From positions 1 to 51,201 of the forward strand of contig CAYRXE010000001.1 in assembly GCA_964428205.1 (NCBI GenBank): 51,201 nt of DNA, in the 5' to 3' direction. The stretch's first letter is position 1; each line of letters starts with the position of its first letter. The stretch is from an uncultured Candidatus Peribacteria bacterium (GTDB lineage: Bacteria; Patescibacteriota; Gracilibacteria; Peribacterales; Peribacteraceae). The position numbers were made by a program, and so were the translations under genes. Under the pieces are notes generated by a model. The model had not been told where the DNA came from, made no database searches, and saw only the letters and a program-made list of their open reading frames with translations. Shown here one piece after another: positions 18,848 to 26,947 of the stretch.

Positions 18848-20733
18848 GCGTCTTGTTGCTTGATCCACTCGGAGAGCGTGAGGAGTGCCCAAATATGGTC
18901 GGAGTAGTCGATGTTCGTCGCGTGGTAGTGCGCGAGGAAGCGCTCCAGTGCGCCCCGATCGAAGATCTCGCGGAAGAGCGGTGGCCCCTGTAACAAGTGA
19001 TCTGCCACGAAGTCTTTTAAGTCCGTACGGAACCAGCGGTTGAGCGGCAGGCGGAAGCCTGTCTTCTTTTTATGCAGGACGTTATCGGGCACAAGACCTT
19101 TGAGCATGCGCTCGCGCAGGATCCACTTCTTCTTATTCCCACGCAGCTTGTACTCGATTGGCATCTGGGCCGTGAACTCCAGGAGCTTGTGATCAAGGAA
19201 CGGTGAACGCGCTTCGAGTCCGTGTGCCATGGCTCCAAGATCCACCTTGGGCATCAAACAATCTGCGAGATACGTCTGCACATCCATGCTCATGGCACGA
19301 TGCACGAGATCGTACGCACGGCCACGTGCAGCCTCGGTGTGTTTGGCGTACCAGAGATCGGTACGTCCGAACTTCTCTTGGTACTTCATGCTATAGAGCT
19401 GCTTCTTTTCTTCTTCGGTGAAGAAGCTGATGTACTGCAAGTAACGCTGCTCCCAAGGGAGCCCCATCGTGCGCTGGAAGCGATTACTGCGATAACTGAG
19501 TGTGGATGGGAACATCCCCTGCCATGATTCGGTCATGAGACGCGCGAAGATGTGCAGCACCCATGGCGTGATGTTCCAGTACTCCGAGAAGTTGAGGATG
19601 GGATAGCGTGCATAGCCGGCAAAGTTCTCGTCTCCCCCATCTCCATTGAGTGCGACGGTCACCACTTTGCGCGTTTCGCGTGCAATCAGGTACGTCGGGA
19701 TGGCGGAAGGATCTGCGTAGGGTTCTTCGTAGGTACGCACAAGTTCCGGGAGCAAGTGAACAATGTCTGGTTCGAGAACGATCGGATGGTGATCAGTGCC
19801 AAAATGCTTCGCGGTGATTGCGGCATAGGGAAGTTCGTTGAAGGCAGGATCTTCGCTTCCAATCGAAAATGTTTTCACAGGATGCGAACTTATCTTACTC
19901 ATCAGTCCAACGATCGCAGCGGAGTCGATACCGCCGGAGAGGAATGCGCCAACAGGGACATCCGCAATCATGCGGAGTTTTACGCTCTCGGTGAGGAGCT
20001 CCATAGAACGCTCTGCCCACTCGTCTTCTGAGAGAGTGAGATCGGTGTTGTACGTGAGCTTCCAGTACTGCTCCATCTTGTGCGTTCCATTCGCAAGGTC
20101 GACCGTCATCAAGTGACCAGCAGGGAGCTTATGAATACCCGTGTACCCCGTGCGTGGAGCCGGCAGGTACATCATCGTCAGATAATCGTGAATCGCCGAC
20201 ACATCGATATCCTTTGGGCAATCAGGCAAACGCTTGAGGGCTTTGAGTTCGGAAGCAAAGGCTAATGTGCCATTGTTGATGAAGTACTTGAGCGGCTTTT
20301 TACCGACCCGATCGCGAGCAATGTAGAGCTTTTTACTTGGACGATCCCACAGAGCAAACGCGAACATGCCGCGTGCACGCTCCAAACATGTGGTGATGCC
20401 GTACTCGATGTACATGTGTAGGAGCACTTCTCCATCTCCGGAGGATTTAAAGTGATGTCCCCTCTCCTGCAGAATTTTTCGCTCTTCTTGAAAGTTATAC
20501 ATCTCACCGTTAAAGACGAGCACGTAATCTTTATCCGCAGAAAAGAGAGGCTGCGCAGAGCGCTCACTTAGGTCGATGATCGAAAGACGCGTCTGGCTAA
20601 TGCCTGCGTTACTATCGTTGAACATGCCACGACCATCGGGGCCGCGGTGCGCGAGGCAACTTGTGAGCAACTCCAATTGCTGCGGATCAACCGCAGAGCC
20701 ATCGAGCCGTACCAGTCCTGCTATACCGCACAT
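18844..20733 (-). CDS. asparagine synthase-like glutamine amidotransferase, second paralog, 629 aa
   Basis: MCGIAG N-terminus, HRGPDG, SGGIDSA PP-loop. Confidence 0.9.
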   Translation of the reverse strand: MCGIAGLVRLDGSAVDPQQLELLTSCLAHRGPDGRGMFNDSNAGISQTRLSIIDLSERSAQPLFSADKDYVLVFNGEMYNFQEERKILQERGHHFKSSGDGEVLLHMYIEYGITTCLERARGMFAFALWDRPSKKLYIARDRVGKKPLKYFINNGTLAFASELKALKRLPDCPKDIDVSAIHDYLTMMYLPAPRTGYTGIHKLPAGHLMTVDLANGTHKMEQYWKLTYNTDLTLSEDEWAERSMELLTESVKLRMIADVPVGAFLSGGIDSAAIVGLMSKISSHPVKTFSIGSEDPAFNELPYAAITAKHFGTDHHPIVLEPDIVHLLPELVRTYEEPYADPSAIPTYLIARETRKVVTVALNGDGGDENFAGYARYPILNFSEYWNITPWVLHIFARLMTESWQGMFPSTLSYRSNRFQRTMGLPWEQRYLQYISFFTEEEKKQLYSMKYQEKFGRTDLWYAKHTEAARGRAYDLVHRAMSMDVQTYLADCLMPKVDLGAMAHGLEARSPFLDHKLLEFTAQMPIEYKLRGNKKKWILRERMLKGLVPDNVLHKKKTGFRLPLNRWFRTDLKDFVADHLLQGPPLFREIFDRGALERFLAHYHATNIDYSDHIWALLTLSEWIKQQDA

Positions 20734-20739
20734 ATGTGA

Positions 20740-20768
20740 ACTATAGATGAAACAGGTACTTGGGAGAA
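20740..20768 (-). promoter_or_regulatory. putative promoter of asnB-like gene 2 (leaderless)
   Basis: Minus strand reads TTCTCC, 17 nt, TATAGT (reverse complement of 20740-45), 6 nt, ATG 20733. Same block order and spacing as at 12731-12759. Confidence 0.5.
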
Positions 20769-20785
20769 TATTGTATATTTAGATA

Positions 20786-20843
20786 AGAGCTGAACGCTGA
20801 GTGCTGAGTTTCAGCTCTCAGAGCTCTTCACTCAGCTCTCACT
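20786..20843 (-). repeat. copy B (inverted) of the palindrome-rich element upstream of asnB-like gene 2
   Basis: The reverse complement of 20786-20831 matches 12661-12706 at 43/46 positions. Similarity continues with one indel to about 20843. Internal 9-bp stem AGAGCTGAA (20786-94) / TTCAGCTCT (20810-18). Confidence 0.85.
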
Positions 20844-20875
20844 AGAAAGAATCAATATGGCAGAGCATCGACAAA

Positions 20876-21679
20876 ATGTTTACACTCCTGCCCATGCAGC
20901 AGAAGCAATACGAATGGAATTGGCAGTGGAACAAGGTCTACGACGATAACCAGTGGCTCTTTACGGAGTGGATCTACCCAAACAAGCTCGAGGATTTCCG
21001 CGGGAAAGACGTTTTAGACTGTGGTTGTGGTGGTGGCCAGCACTTGTCCTTTGTGGCTCCGTACGCGGCTCACGTGACGGGCGTGGATTTGAACTCGACC
21101 GATAGCGCGAAGCGGAATACCGAAAAATTTAACAACGTGACCGTGCTCGAAGGTGATTTGGCTGCGATGAATTTGGGTAAGCAGTTCGACATGGCCTACT
21201 GCATTGGCGTGTTGCATCACACCGATGCTCCAAAAAAGACGTTCGAGAACCTCGCGCGTCACGTAAAGCCGGGTGGTCGCATGATCTTGTGGGTGTATTC
21301 GTACGAAGGAAACTTTTGGAACAGGACGCTCCTCGAAGCATTGAAGAGATGGATTGTGATGAAGCTCCCACGCAGCGCCGTGATGGGAATCGGTCATGTA
21401 CTCACTGCTCTTCTCTATATTCCGATCTACACCATCTACTTACTCCCACTGAAGTTCCTCCCTTTCTACGAGTACTTCCAGAACTGGAGGAAGCTCAGCT
21501 ACAGCCGCAATTTGCTCAACGTGTTCGATAAGCTCAATGCCCCACAGACATGGTTCCTGAGCGAAAAAGACGTACGTGGATACTTCAACGATCAAGAATT
21601 TACCGATGTGCACATTTCGCCGTATAAGGGCGTGAGTTGGCGCGCATCTGGTACTAAGAAGAGGCCCGCAACGGCGTAG
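20876..21679 (+). CDS. class I SAM-dependent methyltransferase, 267 aa
   Basis: VLDCGCGGGQH motif I, DMAYCIGVLHH, VKPGGRMILWV. Confidence 0.8.
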   Translation: MFTLLPMQQKQYEWNWQWNKVYDDNQWLFTEWIYPNKLEDFRGKDVLDCGCGGGQHLSFVAPYAAHVTGVDLNSTDSAKRNTEKFNNVTVLEGDLAAMNLGKQFDMAYCIGVLHHTDAPKKTFENLARHVKPGGRMILWVYSYEGNFWNRTLLEALKRWIVMKLPRSAVMGIGHVLTALLYIPIYTIYLLPLKFLPFYEYFQNWRKLSYSRNLLNVFDKLNAPQTWFLSEKDVRGYFNDQEFTDVHISPYKGVSWRASGTKKRPATA

Positions 21680-21698
21680 CCTGTTGCGGCAAAAAGAT

Positions 21699-21704
21699 TA
21701 GAAT
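21699..21704 (+). promoter_or_regulatory. -10-like box TAGAAT, 6 nt upstream of GTG 21711
   Basis: TAGAAT cggggg GTG. Confidence 0.45.
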
Positions 21705-21710
21705 CGGGGG

Positions 21711-23003
21711 GTGAACCATGAAGTGTTCGTCACCGGCTCCACAGGACTCGTGGGCAAAGCGCTCGTGCCGCATTTGTTGGAACGCGGATACAACGTGCGC
21801 ATTCTCGTACGAGGCAAGGCGCCTTTTGCTGCGCATCCCTTACTCAAGATCATCAAAGGAGACATGCTCCATGGCAACGCACTCAAAGCTGGATGCAGCG
21901 GTGTGCAGACGGTGATTCATTTGGCAGCACGCAAGAATGACGAGCGTGATAGTGAGCAAGTGAACGTTCAAGGTGCACAGCTCTTGGCACAGACGGCAGT
22001 GGATGCAGGTGTCACACACATCGTGCATCTCTCAACACAATCCGTGCTTCTCCCTAAGAAAGGAATCTACGCACAGACCAAGACCGATGCTGAACGCGCG
22101 CTGGAAGATAGTGGTCTACCTGTCACGGAGCTACGCAGTAGTGTGGTATATGGCAGTGAACCCGAAGGAGTCGTGGGCAGCATCGCAAACTTTGCGAAGT
22201 TGCCGATGGTTCCTGTGATTGGGAAAGGCGGCGGACACTTTGCGCCCATCCACAGAGATGATTTGGCTGAGGCCATTGTGCGCGTACTGGAAAAGCCCGA
22301 GCTCCACGGCAATACGTTTGATGTGGGCGGACCGGAGGTGATGAGCTTTACCGAGATTGCCGACAAGATTCTTAAAGAGCGTGGCACACCCAGGAAGTAC
22401 TTCTACATTCCTGCGAGTATCGCGATGGCGATGGCACGCGTGTTCTCGATCCTCCCCCGCTCTCCGCTGACAGTGAGTAACGTGCTCGGTGCGATCCAAG
22501 ATGTACCCATGGATCCGCGTCCGTTCCTGCAGGTGATTGATTTGAAGCCCAGGACCTTTGATGAAGGACTGAAGGAATGCGATTTCTTAAAGCCACCTTC
22601 GGAACCAGACGTCATGCTCCAATACGTCATGTCCGGATTCCACAATGCGCCGGGTGTATTGCCCGAGGTGCGTGAGCGGTACCTGCACGCACTGGAAGTT
22701 CATGGACTAGCGGATGCCGCAGCGCTGACGCCGGATTTGTTGCATGCACCAGGAACACTCCGTGCACTTGATTGGCTTACCAAGCTGCGCGCTCCACAGT
22801 GTGCATTGCAAAGAAAGTTTTTGATCGCCGCTGCCGTGCGCGAAACAACACCCGAAACAGCAGCGACTCTACTACCTCCTGCTCGTGGCGCATTTCACGT
22901 GGTGATGAATCTGATTGGTATTGGCATTGCCCAAGTGGTTGTCGTGATTCGCACGCTCCTGCTTTTACTTCGTCCCGGTCTCTGGAAACGCTATGTCGCC
23001 TGA
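21711..23003 (+). CDS. NAD(P)-binding SDR (NmrA/NDUFA9-like) with a C-terminal extension of about 130 aa ending in a hydrophobic anchor, 430 aa
   Basis: VFVTGSTGLVGKALVPHLLERGY Rossmann motif and YAQTK catalytic pair. C-terminal segment AFHVVMNLIGIGIAQVVVVIRTLLLLL. Confidence 0.78.
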   Translation: MNHEVFVTGSTGLVGKALVPHLLERGYNVRILVRGKAPFAAHPLLKIIKGDMLHGNALKAGCSGVQTVIHLAARKNDERDSEQVNVQGAQLLAQTAVDAGVTHIVHLSTQSVLLPKKGIYAQTKTDAERALEDSGLPVTELRSSVVYGSEPEGVVGSIANFAKLPMVPVIGKGGGHFAPIHRDDLAEAIVRVLEKPELHGNTFDVGGPEVMSFTEIADKILKERGTPRKYFYIPASIAMAMARVFSILPRSPLTVSNVLGAIQDVPMDPRPFLQVIDLKPRTFDEGLKECDFLKPPSEPDVMLQYVMSGFHNAPGVLPEVRERYLHALEVHGLADAAALTPDLLHAPGTLRALDWLTKLRAPQCALQRKFLIAAAVRETTPETAATLLPPARGAFHVVMNLIGIGIAQVVVVIRTLLLLLRPGLWKRYVA

Positions 23004-24555
23004 AGTCATCGTCATCGGCAGTGGACCTGCAGGCGTACATGCTGCGCAGGCTCTTGTTGATCAAGGTATCAAAGTGACGATGGTCGATGGCGGTGAATCT
23101 GCACCCAGGGTTCTCACCGAACCGGTGACGTCCTGGACGCACATGCGCAAAACCAAGACGGACCAGTGGAGGTGGTTTCTTGGAGAGGATTTATCTGGAA
23201 TCCCTGTGGAGGGACTTAAAGGAGGACTGGGCGGTGGCATGACGAGTGGAAACAGGAAGTTTGTACTTTCACGAACAGAAGAAGCATTGCCTGTGAAAAC
23301 AACGGACGTACCACTGGTGCAAACACTCGCCGAAGGCGGCCTTGGCGCAGTGTGGGGTGCCACGAGTGCGTACCTGAGCGATGCAATGTTGGAACAGATG
23401 GGACTCCCTGTAGCGGATATGCAGGAACACTACCGCGCTGTGACAAAGAGGATTGGCGTGAGCGGACCACCCAGCGTGTATGGCACACAACCTGCGTTGC
23501 CGTTGGATCACCATGCAGAAGCCATGCACAACGCATACGAAGCGCAGAAGCCTTGGTGGGACGAGAGCGGAATGAAACTGGGTCAGCCACACTCTGCCGT
23601 ACTTACAGAAAATCTTGGTGATCGCCATGCGAGTAGCACGTTCGATATGGATTATTATTCGGACGCTGGAAAGAGTGTGTACCGCCCGCAGTGGACGCTT
23701 GAGCAATTAAAAAAGAATCCACTCTTTACCTACCAGCCACACGTACTCGTGGAAGCTATTCGCGAACGTGACGACGGAGTCGTGATCGAAGGTCGTTCAC
23801 TCGCCGCCTGGTCGCAAGGACATGCGCAAATCGTCCACGGAACGCATGCCGTTTTGTGCGCAGGAGCGGTGAATAGCGCGCGCATTTTGCTCGCGAGTTT
23901 GGACAAGCACGACCCTGTGCCATTCGTCGCCAAGTCTCACGCCTTCATTGCGGGATTGCGACTACAAGCTCTTGGGAAGGGCGGTCCGGAGCACAGGATG
24001 AGTTCGTGCCAGCTCGTCATGGAAGAGGCTCCCTACACGCCAAGTTCTTTTTGCGCTCAGCTCTACAGCTATCGCTCGCTCTTGCTCTTTCGATTACTGG
24101 GTTCACTCCCGCTGCCAACACCTCTCGCGATGAAGGCAGCAGCACTGCTCTCCCCTGCCCTCGTGATTGCCGATGTGCGCTTCGCGACACCTACACCCAA
24201 TGCGACACTGCAGTGGACCGGCGACATGCTTGATGTGAAGTCGATCGCAACCGAGGAGTCTCGCAAAGAGGCGCATGCGACCCTTGCTCGCGTGCGCGCT
24301 GGCTTGCGTAAATCCGGTGTGACTCCAGTGAAGACGATGCTGTTGCCTGTTGGTAGTAGCTCGCACTACGGATGCACGATTCCTGTGAACGGATCTGTCC
24401 TGGGATGTGATGCAGATGGCCAAGTGCACGGCATGAGCAGAACACTCGTAGCCGATGCCTCCATGTTCGTGACGCTCCCCGCGCACCCACACACACTCAC
24501 GATCATGGCCAACGCCAATCGCATTGGCACGATCTTAGGCAATAGGCTGCGGTAA
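22993..24555 (+). CDS. GMC-family FAD-dependent oxidoreductase, 520 aa
   Basis: VIVIGSGPAGVHAAQAL FAD fold. C-terminal LVADASMFVTLPAHPHTLTIMANANRIG is typical of the GMC_oxred_C domain. It overlaps the upstream SDR gene by 11 nt. Confidence 0.78.
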   Translation: MSPEVIVIGSGPAGVHAAQALVDQGIKVTMVDGGESAPRVLTEPVTSWTHMRKTKTDQWRWFLGEDLSGIPVEGLKGGLGGGMTSGNRKFVLSRTEEALPVKTTDVPLVQTLAEGGLGAVWGATSAYLSDAMLEQMGLPVADMQEHYRAVTKRIGVSGPPSVYGTQPALPLDHHAEAMHNAYEAQKPWWDESGMKLGQPHSAVLTENLGDRHASSTFDMDYYSDAGKSVYRPQWTLEQLKKNPLFTYQPHVLVEAIRERDDGVVIEGRSLAAWSQGHAQIVHGTHAVLCAGAVNSARILLASLDKHDPVPFVAKSHAFIAGLRLQALGKGGPEHRMSSCQLVMEEAPYTPSSFCAQLYSYRSLLLFRLLGSLPLPTPLAMKAAALLSPALVIADVRFATPTPNATLQWTGDMLDVKSIATEESRKEAHATLARVRAGLRKSGVTPVKTMLLPVGSSSHYGCTIPVNGSVLGCDADGQVHGMSRTLVADASMFVTLPAHPHTLTIMANANRIGTILGNRLR

Positions 24556-24561
24556 ACGTGG

Positions 24562-24567
24562 TATCAT
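24562..24567 (+). promoter_or_regulatory. -10-like box TATCAT, 7 nt upstream of ATG 24575
   Basis: TATCAT gcaccgt ATG. This favours 24575 over the ORF-track start 24566. Confidence 0.4.
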
Positions 24568-24574
24568 GCACCGT

Positions 24575-25690
24575 ATGCATGTCGTGCTTCTCGCACCGGA
24601 TCTCCACGGAAAAAGTGGCTGGAGCAGAGCTGCGTTGGACCTTGCCCATGGCTTGATGGCTCGTGGTCACAAGGTGACAGCGCTCGTGTGCGAAGAGGCA
24701 GAGACGGATGTAGCGCAAGAAGTGATGCTGCGACCGCCCATGAGGTTACTCAGTAATCCTCTCCTCTGTTTTTGGGATGCCATCAAACTGAGGAGAATGC
24801 TTCTGCAGGTACAACCGAATGTCGTGCACGTCATCGCCGAACCGTACGCGATGGTTCTTGGCATGGCATCTGTGCCGCACAGTACAACGTGCGTGACGGT
24901 GCATGGTTCGTACGCCGCGATTCCCTTCCAAGGCAACGCACTCACAAAGATGCTCATGAGTTACGCGCTCAAAAAGGTGACGCGAATTATTACCGTGAGT
25001 AACTTTACGAAAGGATATCTCTTAGAACACGCAGGACCGTCTGTTGGGACAGAGGTACTGAAGCCAAAGATCCGCGTGATCCCCAATGCCATCGACTTCG
25101 CACGTTTCCCCTTGGAGAAACCCGAAAAGGAACAGCAGACACCTGCCCATATTTTGAGTGTGGGGGCCATCAAAGCTCGCAAAGGATGTTTGCAGGCAAT
25201 CGAGGCGTGTTCGGTACTTAAAGACAATGACGTGCCGTTTCAGTACGACATGATTGGCTCTTTGGAAGAAGTGCCGAAGTACGTAGAGGAGTTGAAGCAG
25301 ATGATTGTGCGCTTGGATCTCTCGGATCATGTGCATCTGCTTGGTACTGTTTCTGAAGAGCGCCTCCAAGAAGCATTCGCAAAAGCAGATGTATTTTTGA
25401 TGCCATCGCGCCACGAAGGTCCTCATGTGGAAGGCTTTGGCATCGTGTTCCTCGAAGCTAATGCCTGGGGTGTTCCTGTTGTGGGTCCAAACACGGGTGG
25501 CTGCCCAGAGGCAATTAAAGATGGTGAGACGGGCTATGTAGTAGATCCTAATCATCCACAAATGATTGCGGAGGCGCTCAGGAAGATCCTTGTCGAAAAA
25601 AAGATATCTTCAGATGCCTGCAGACGCTGGGCGGAAGAACATGGCATTGGAAAAATCGCTGCCATGGTCGAAGACGCATACAAGGCTTAA
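24575..25690 (+). CDS. GT4 (GT-B) glycosyltransferase, 371 aa
   Basis: EGFGIVFLEANAWGVPVVGPNTGGCPEAIKDGETGYVV (E-x7-E region). Confidence 0.85.
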   Translation: MHVVLLAPDLHGKSGWSRAALDLAHGLMARGHKVTALVCEEAETDVAQEVMLRPPMRLLSNPLLCFWDAIKLRRMLLQVQPNVVHVIAEPYAMVLGMASVPHSTTCVTVHGSYAAIPFQGNALTKMLMSYALKKVTRIITVSNFTKGYLLEHAGPSVGTEVLKPKIRVIPNAIDFARFPLEKPEKEQQTPAHILSVGAIKARKGCLQAIEACSVLKDNDVPFQYDMIGSLEEVPKYVEELKQMIVRLDLSDHVHLLGTVSEERLQEAFAKADVFLMPSRHEGPHVEGFGIVFLEANAWGVPVVGPNTGGCPEAIKDGETGYVVDPNHPQMIAEALRKILVEKKISSDACRRWAEEHGIGKIAAMVEDAYKA

Positions 25691-26943
25691 GCCACGTCTG
25701 CGTTCTTGATGATGTGTGGAACCGGGAGCGGGACAATGAAGTCGCCTTTGTAACCGCGCTTCTTCAGGTTCACCACAAGCTCGCTCGCAATATGCCACGA
25801 GAGCAGCAGTGCGAATGGCGGCTGATCTTCGTAGAGCTTGGATTCTTCGAGAACCGGAATATTGCGACCCGGCATGAACTTGCCGATCTTCTTCGATCCT
25901 TTGATCTCCATCACATACGGGATGAGACCATCATCAAGGCCAACGTAGTTCACGAGTGTGCTGGCACGCGACGGAGCACTGATGGCGTAGACCATCTTGC
26001 CCTGAGCATGGATATCGACGAGCAAGCGATAGAGTTCGAGCTTGGACTTAAGAACACCTTCCTGGAACGGCTTGATCCAAGCTGTGGATGTGAGACCAGC
26101 TTCGTCTTCTTCTTTCAGGAGAGCATCAACGGAACCATCAGCTGCAAAGCGACTTCCCCGCTGTGCGTACACGCGAATACCACCACCGTGGGTGGGGATG
26201 CGCTCGACTTTAAAGACATTGAATCCGTGCTTTTCGAGCAAGAACTTCACGCTCTGGAGCGAGTAGTAACGCAGGTGTTCGTGGTAAATGGTGTCGTACT
26301 GGAGCGTTTTGATCAGGTCCAAGAGATAGTGTGACTCAGAGACAAAGATGCCGTCGTCTTTGAGAAGACGCACAATGTTCTCGACAACGGAGTTAGGCTC
26401 GAGGATGTGTGCGAACACGTTTGCCGCCGTGATCACGTCTGCCTTGCCGTGTGACTGGAGCACGGTATCTGTCGCTTCTGTCCCAAAGAACGTCATGAGT
26501 GTTGGTACGCCTGCTTCTTCGGCGAGCTTAGCTGTGAGGGATGGCTCAACGCCCAGAACCTTGTGACCACCTTCCTTAAAGTTCTTGAGGAGTGTTCCAT
26601 CGTTGCTGCCGATATCGATCACGAAGCTTTCTGGTGTCAGATTCATGAGGGACTGCACGTTCTTGTAGAGAACCGCAAAGTTCTCACGGAGAATCCTCGT
26701 CGTACCGCTTGTGTATGGGTACTCCGGTGGGAACACGAGAGCTGGATCAGCGGTGTAACCGAGCTGCACCAAGGTGCAGGTCGGACACCTGAGCATCTCT
26801 GCTGGGAACCACTGCTCCTTATCTTGTGGTTCTGTCAGCGGACGCATCACGTTTACCGAAGGGAGGAAGGCCAAGAACATGACCGACTGAAGATTCTTAT
26901 CGCCACAGGTCTGGCAGGCAGTAACGGGTCCGTACAGAGACAT
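25687..26943 (-). CDS. NDP-hexose C-methyltransferase (TylC3/NovU-like) with N-terminal Zn-ribbon, 418 aa
   Basis: ORF 25687..27213 trimmed to ATG 26943, 4 nt after the upstream stop. Motifs CQTCGD...CPTCTLVQL, VIDIGSNDGTLL, YDTIYHEHLRYYSL and THGGGIRVY. Confidence 0.82.
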   Translation of the reverse strand: MSLYGPVTACQTCGDKNLQSVMFLAFLPSVNVMRPLTEPQDKEQWFPAEMLRCPTCTLVQLGYTADPALVFPPEYPYTSGTTRILRENFAVLYKNVQSLMNLTPESFVIDIGSNDGTLLKNFKEGGHKVLGVEPSLTAKLAEEAGVPTLMTFFGTEATDTVLQSHGKADVITAANVFAHILEPNSVVENIVRLLKDDGIFVSESHYLLDLIKTLQYDTIYHEHLRYYSLQSVKFLLEKHGFNVFKVERIPTHGGGIRVYAQRGSRFAADGSVDALLKEEDEAGLTSTAWIKPFQEGVLKSKLELYRLLVDIHAQGKMVYAISAPSRASTLVNYVGLDDGLIPYVMEIKGSKKIGKFMPGRNIPVLEESKLYEDQPPFALLLSWHIASELVVNLKKRGYKGDFIVPLPVPHIIKNADVA

Positions 26944-26947
26944 GATG

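Noticed and set aside
12766-20733. AsnB-like proteins as lasso-peptide cyclases or another RiPP system
   Set aside because: Both retain the MCGIAG glutaminase nucleophile. No precursor peptide, leader protease or RiPP recognition gene is nearby, and the context is entirely glycan biosynthesis.
12650-20843. Inverted repeat pair read as IS or transposon ends, or as a dedicated invertase switch
   Set aside because: No transposase, integrase or invertase gene lies between or beside the repeats, and no target-site duplication was seen. Both copies are better explained as elements associated with the asnB-like promoters. RecA-mediated inversion remains possible and is noted in the findings.
20857-20949. 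30-codon ORF starting at ATG 20857 in the asnB2/methyltransferase intergenic region
   Set aside because: It is out of frame with, and overlaps, the methyltransferase start at 20876. It has no SD sequence or -10-like box support and shows no conservation signal that I can assess.
21666-21689. 7-bp hairpin (CCGCAAC / GTTGCGG) overlapping the stop of the methyltransferase gene, considered as a terminator
   Set aside because: It is followed by an A-run rather than a T-run on the transcribed strand, and the stem is short with a 10-nt loop. This is too weak to call.
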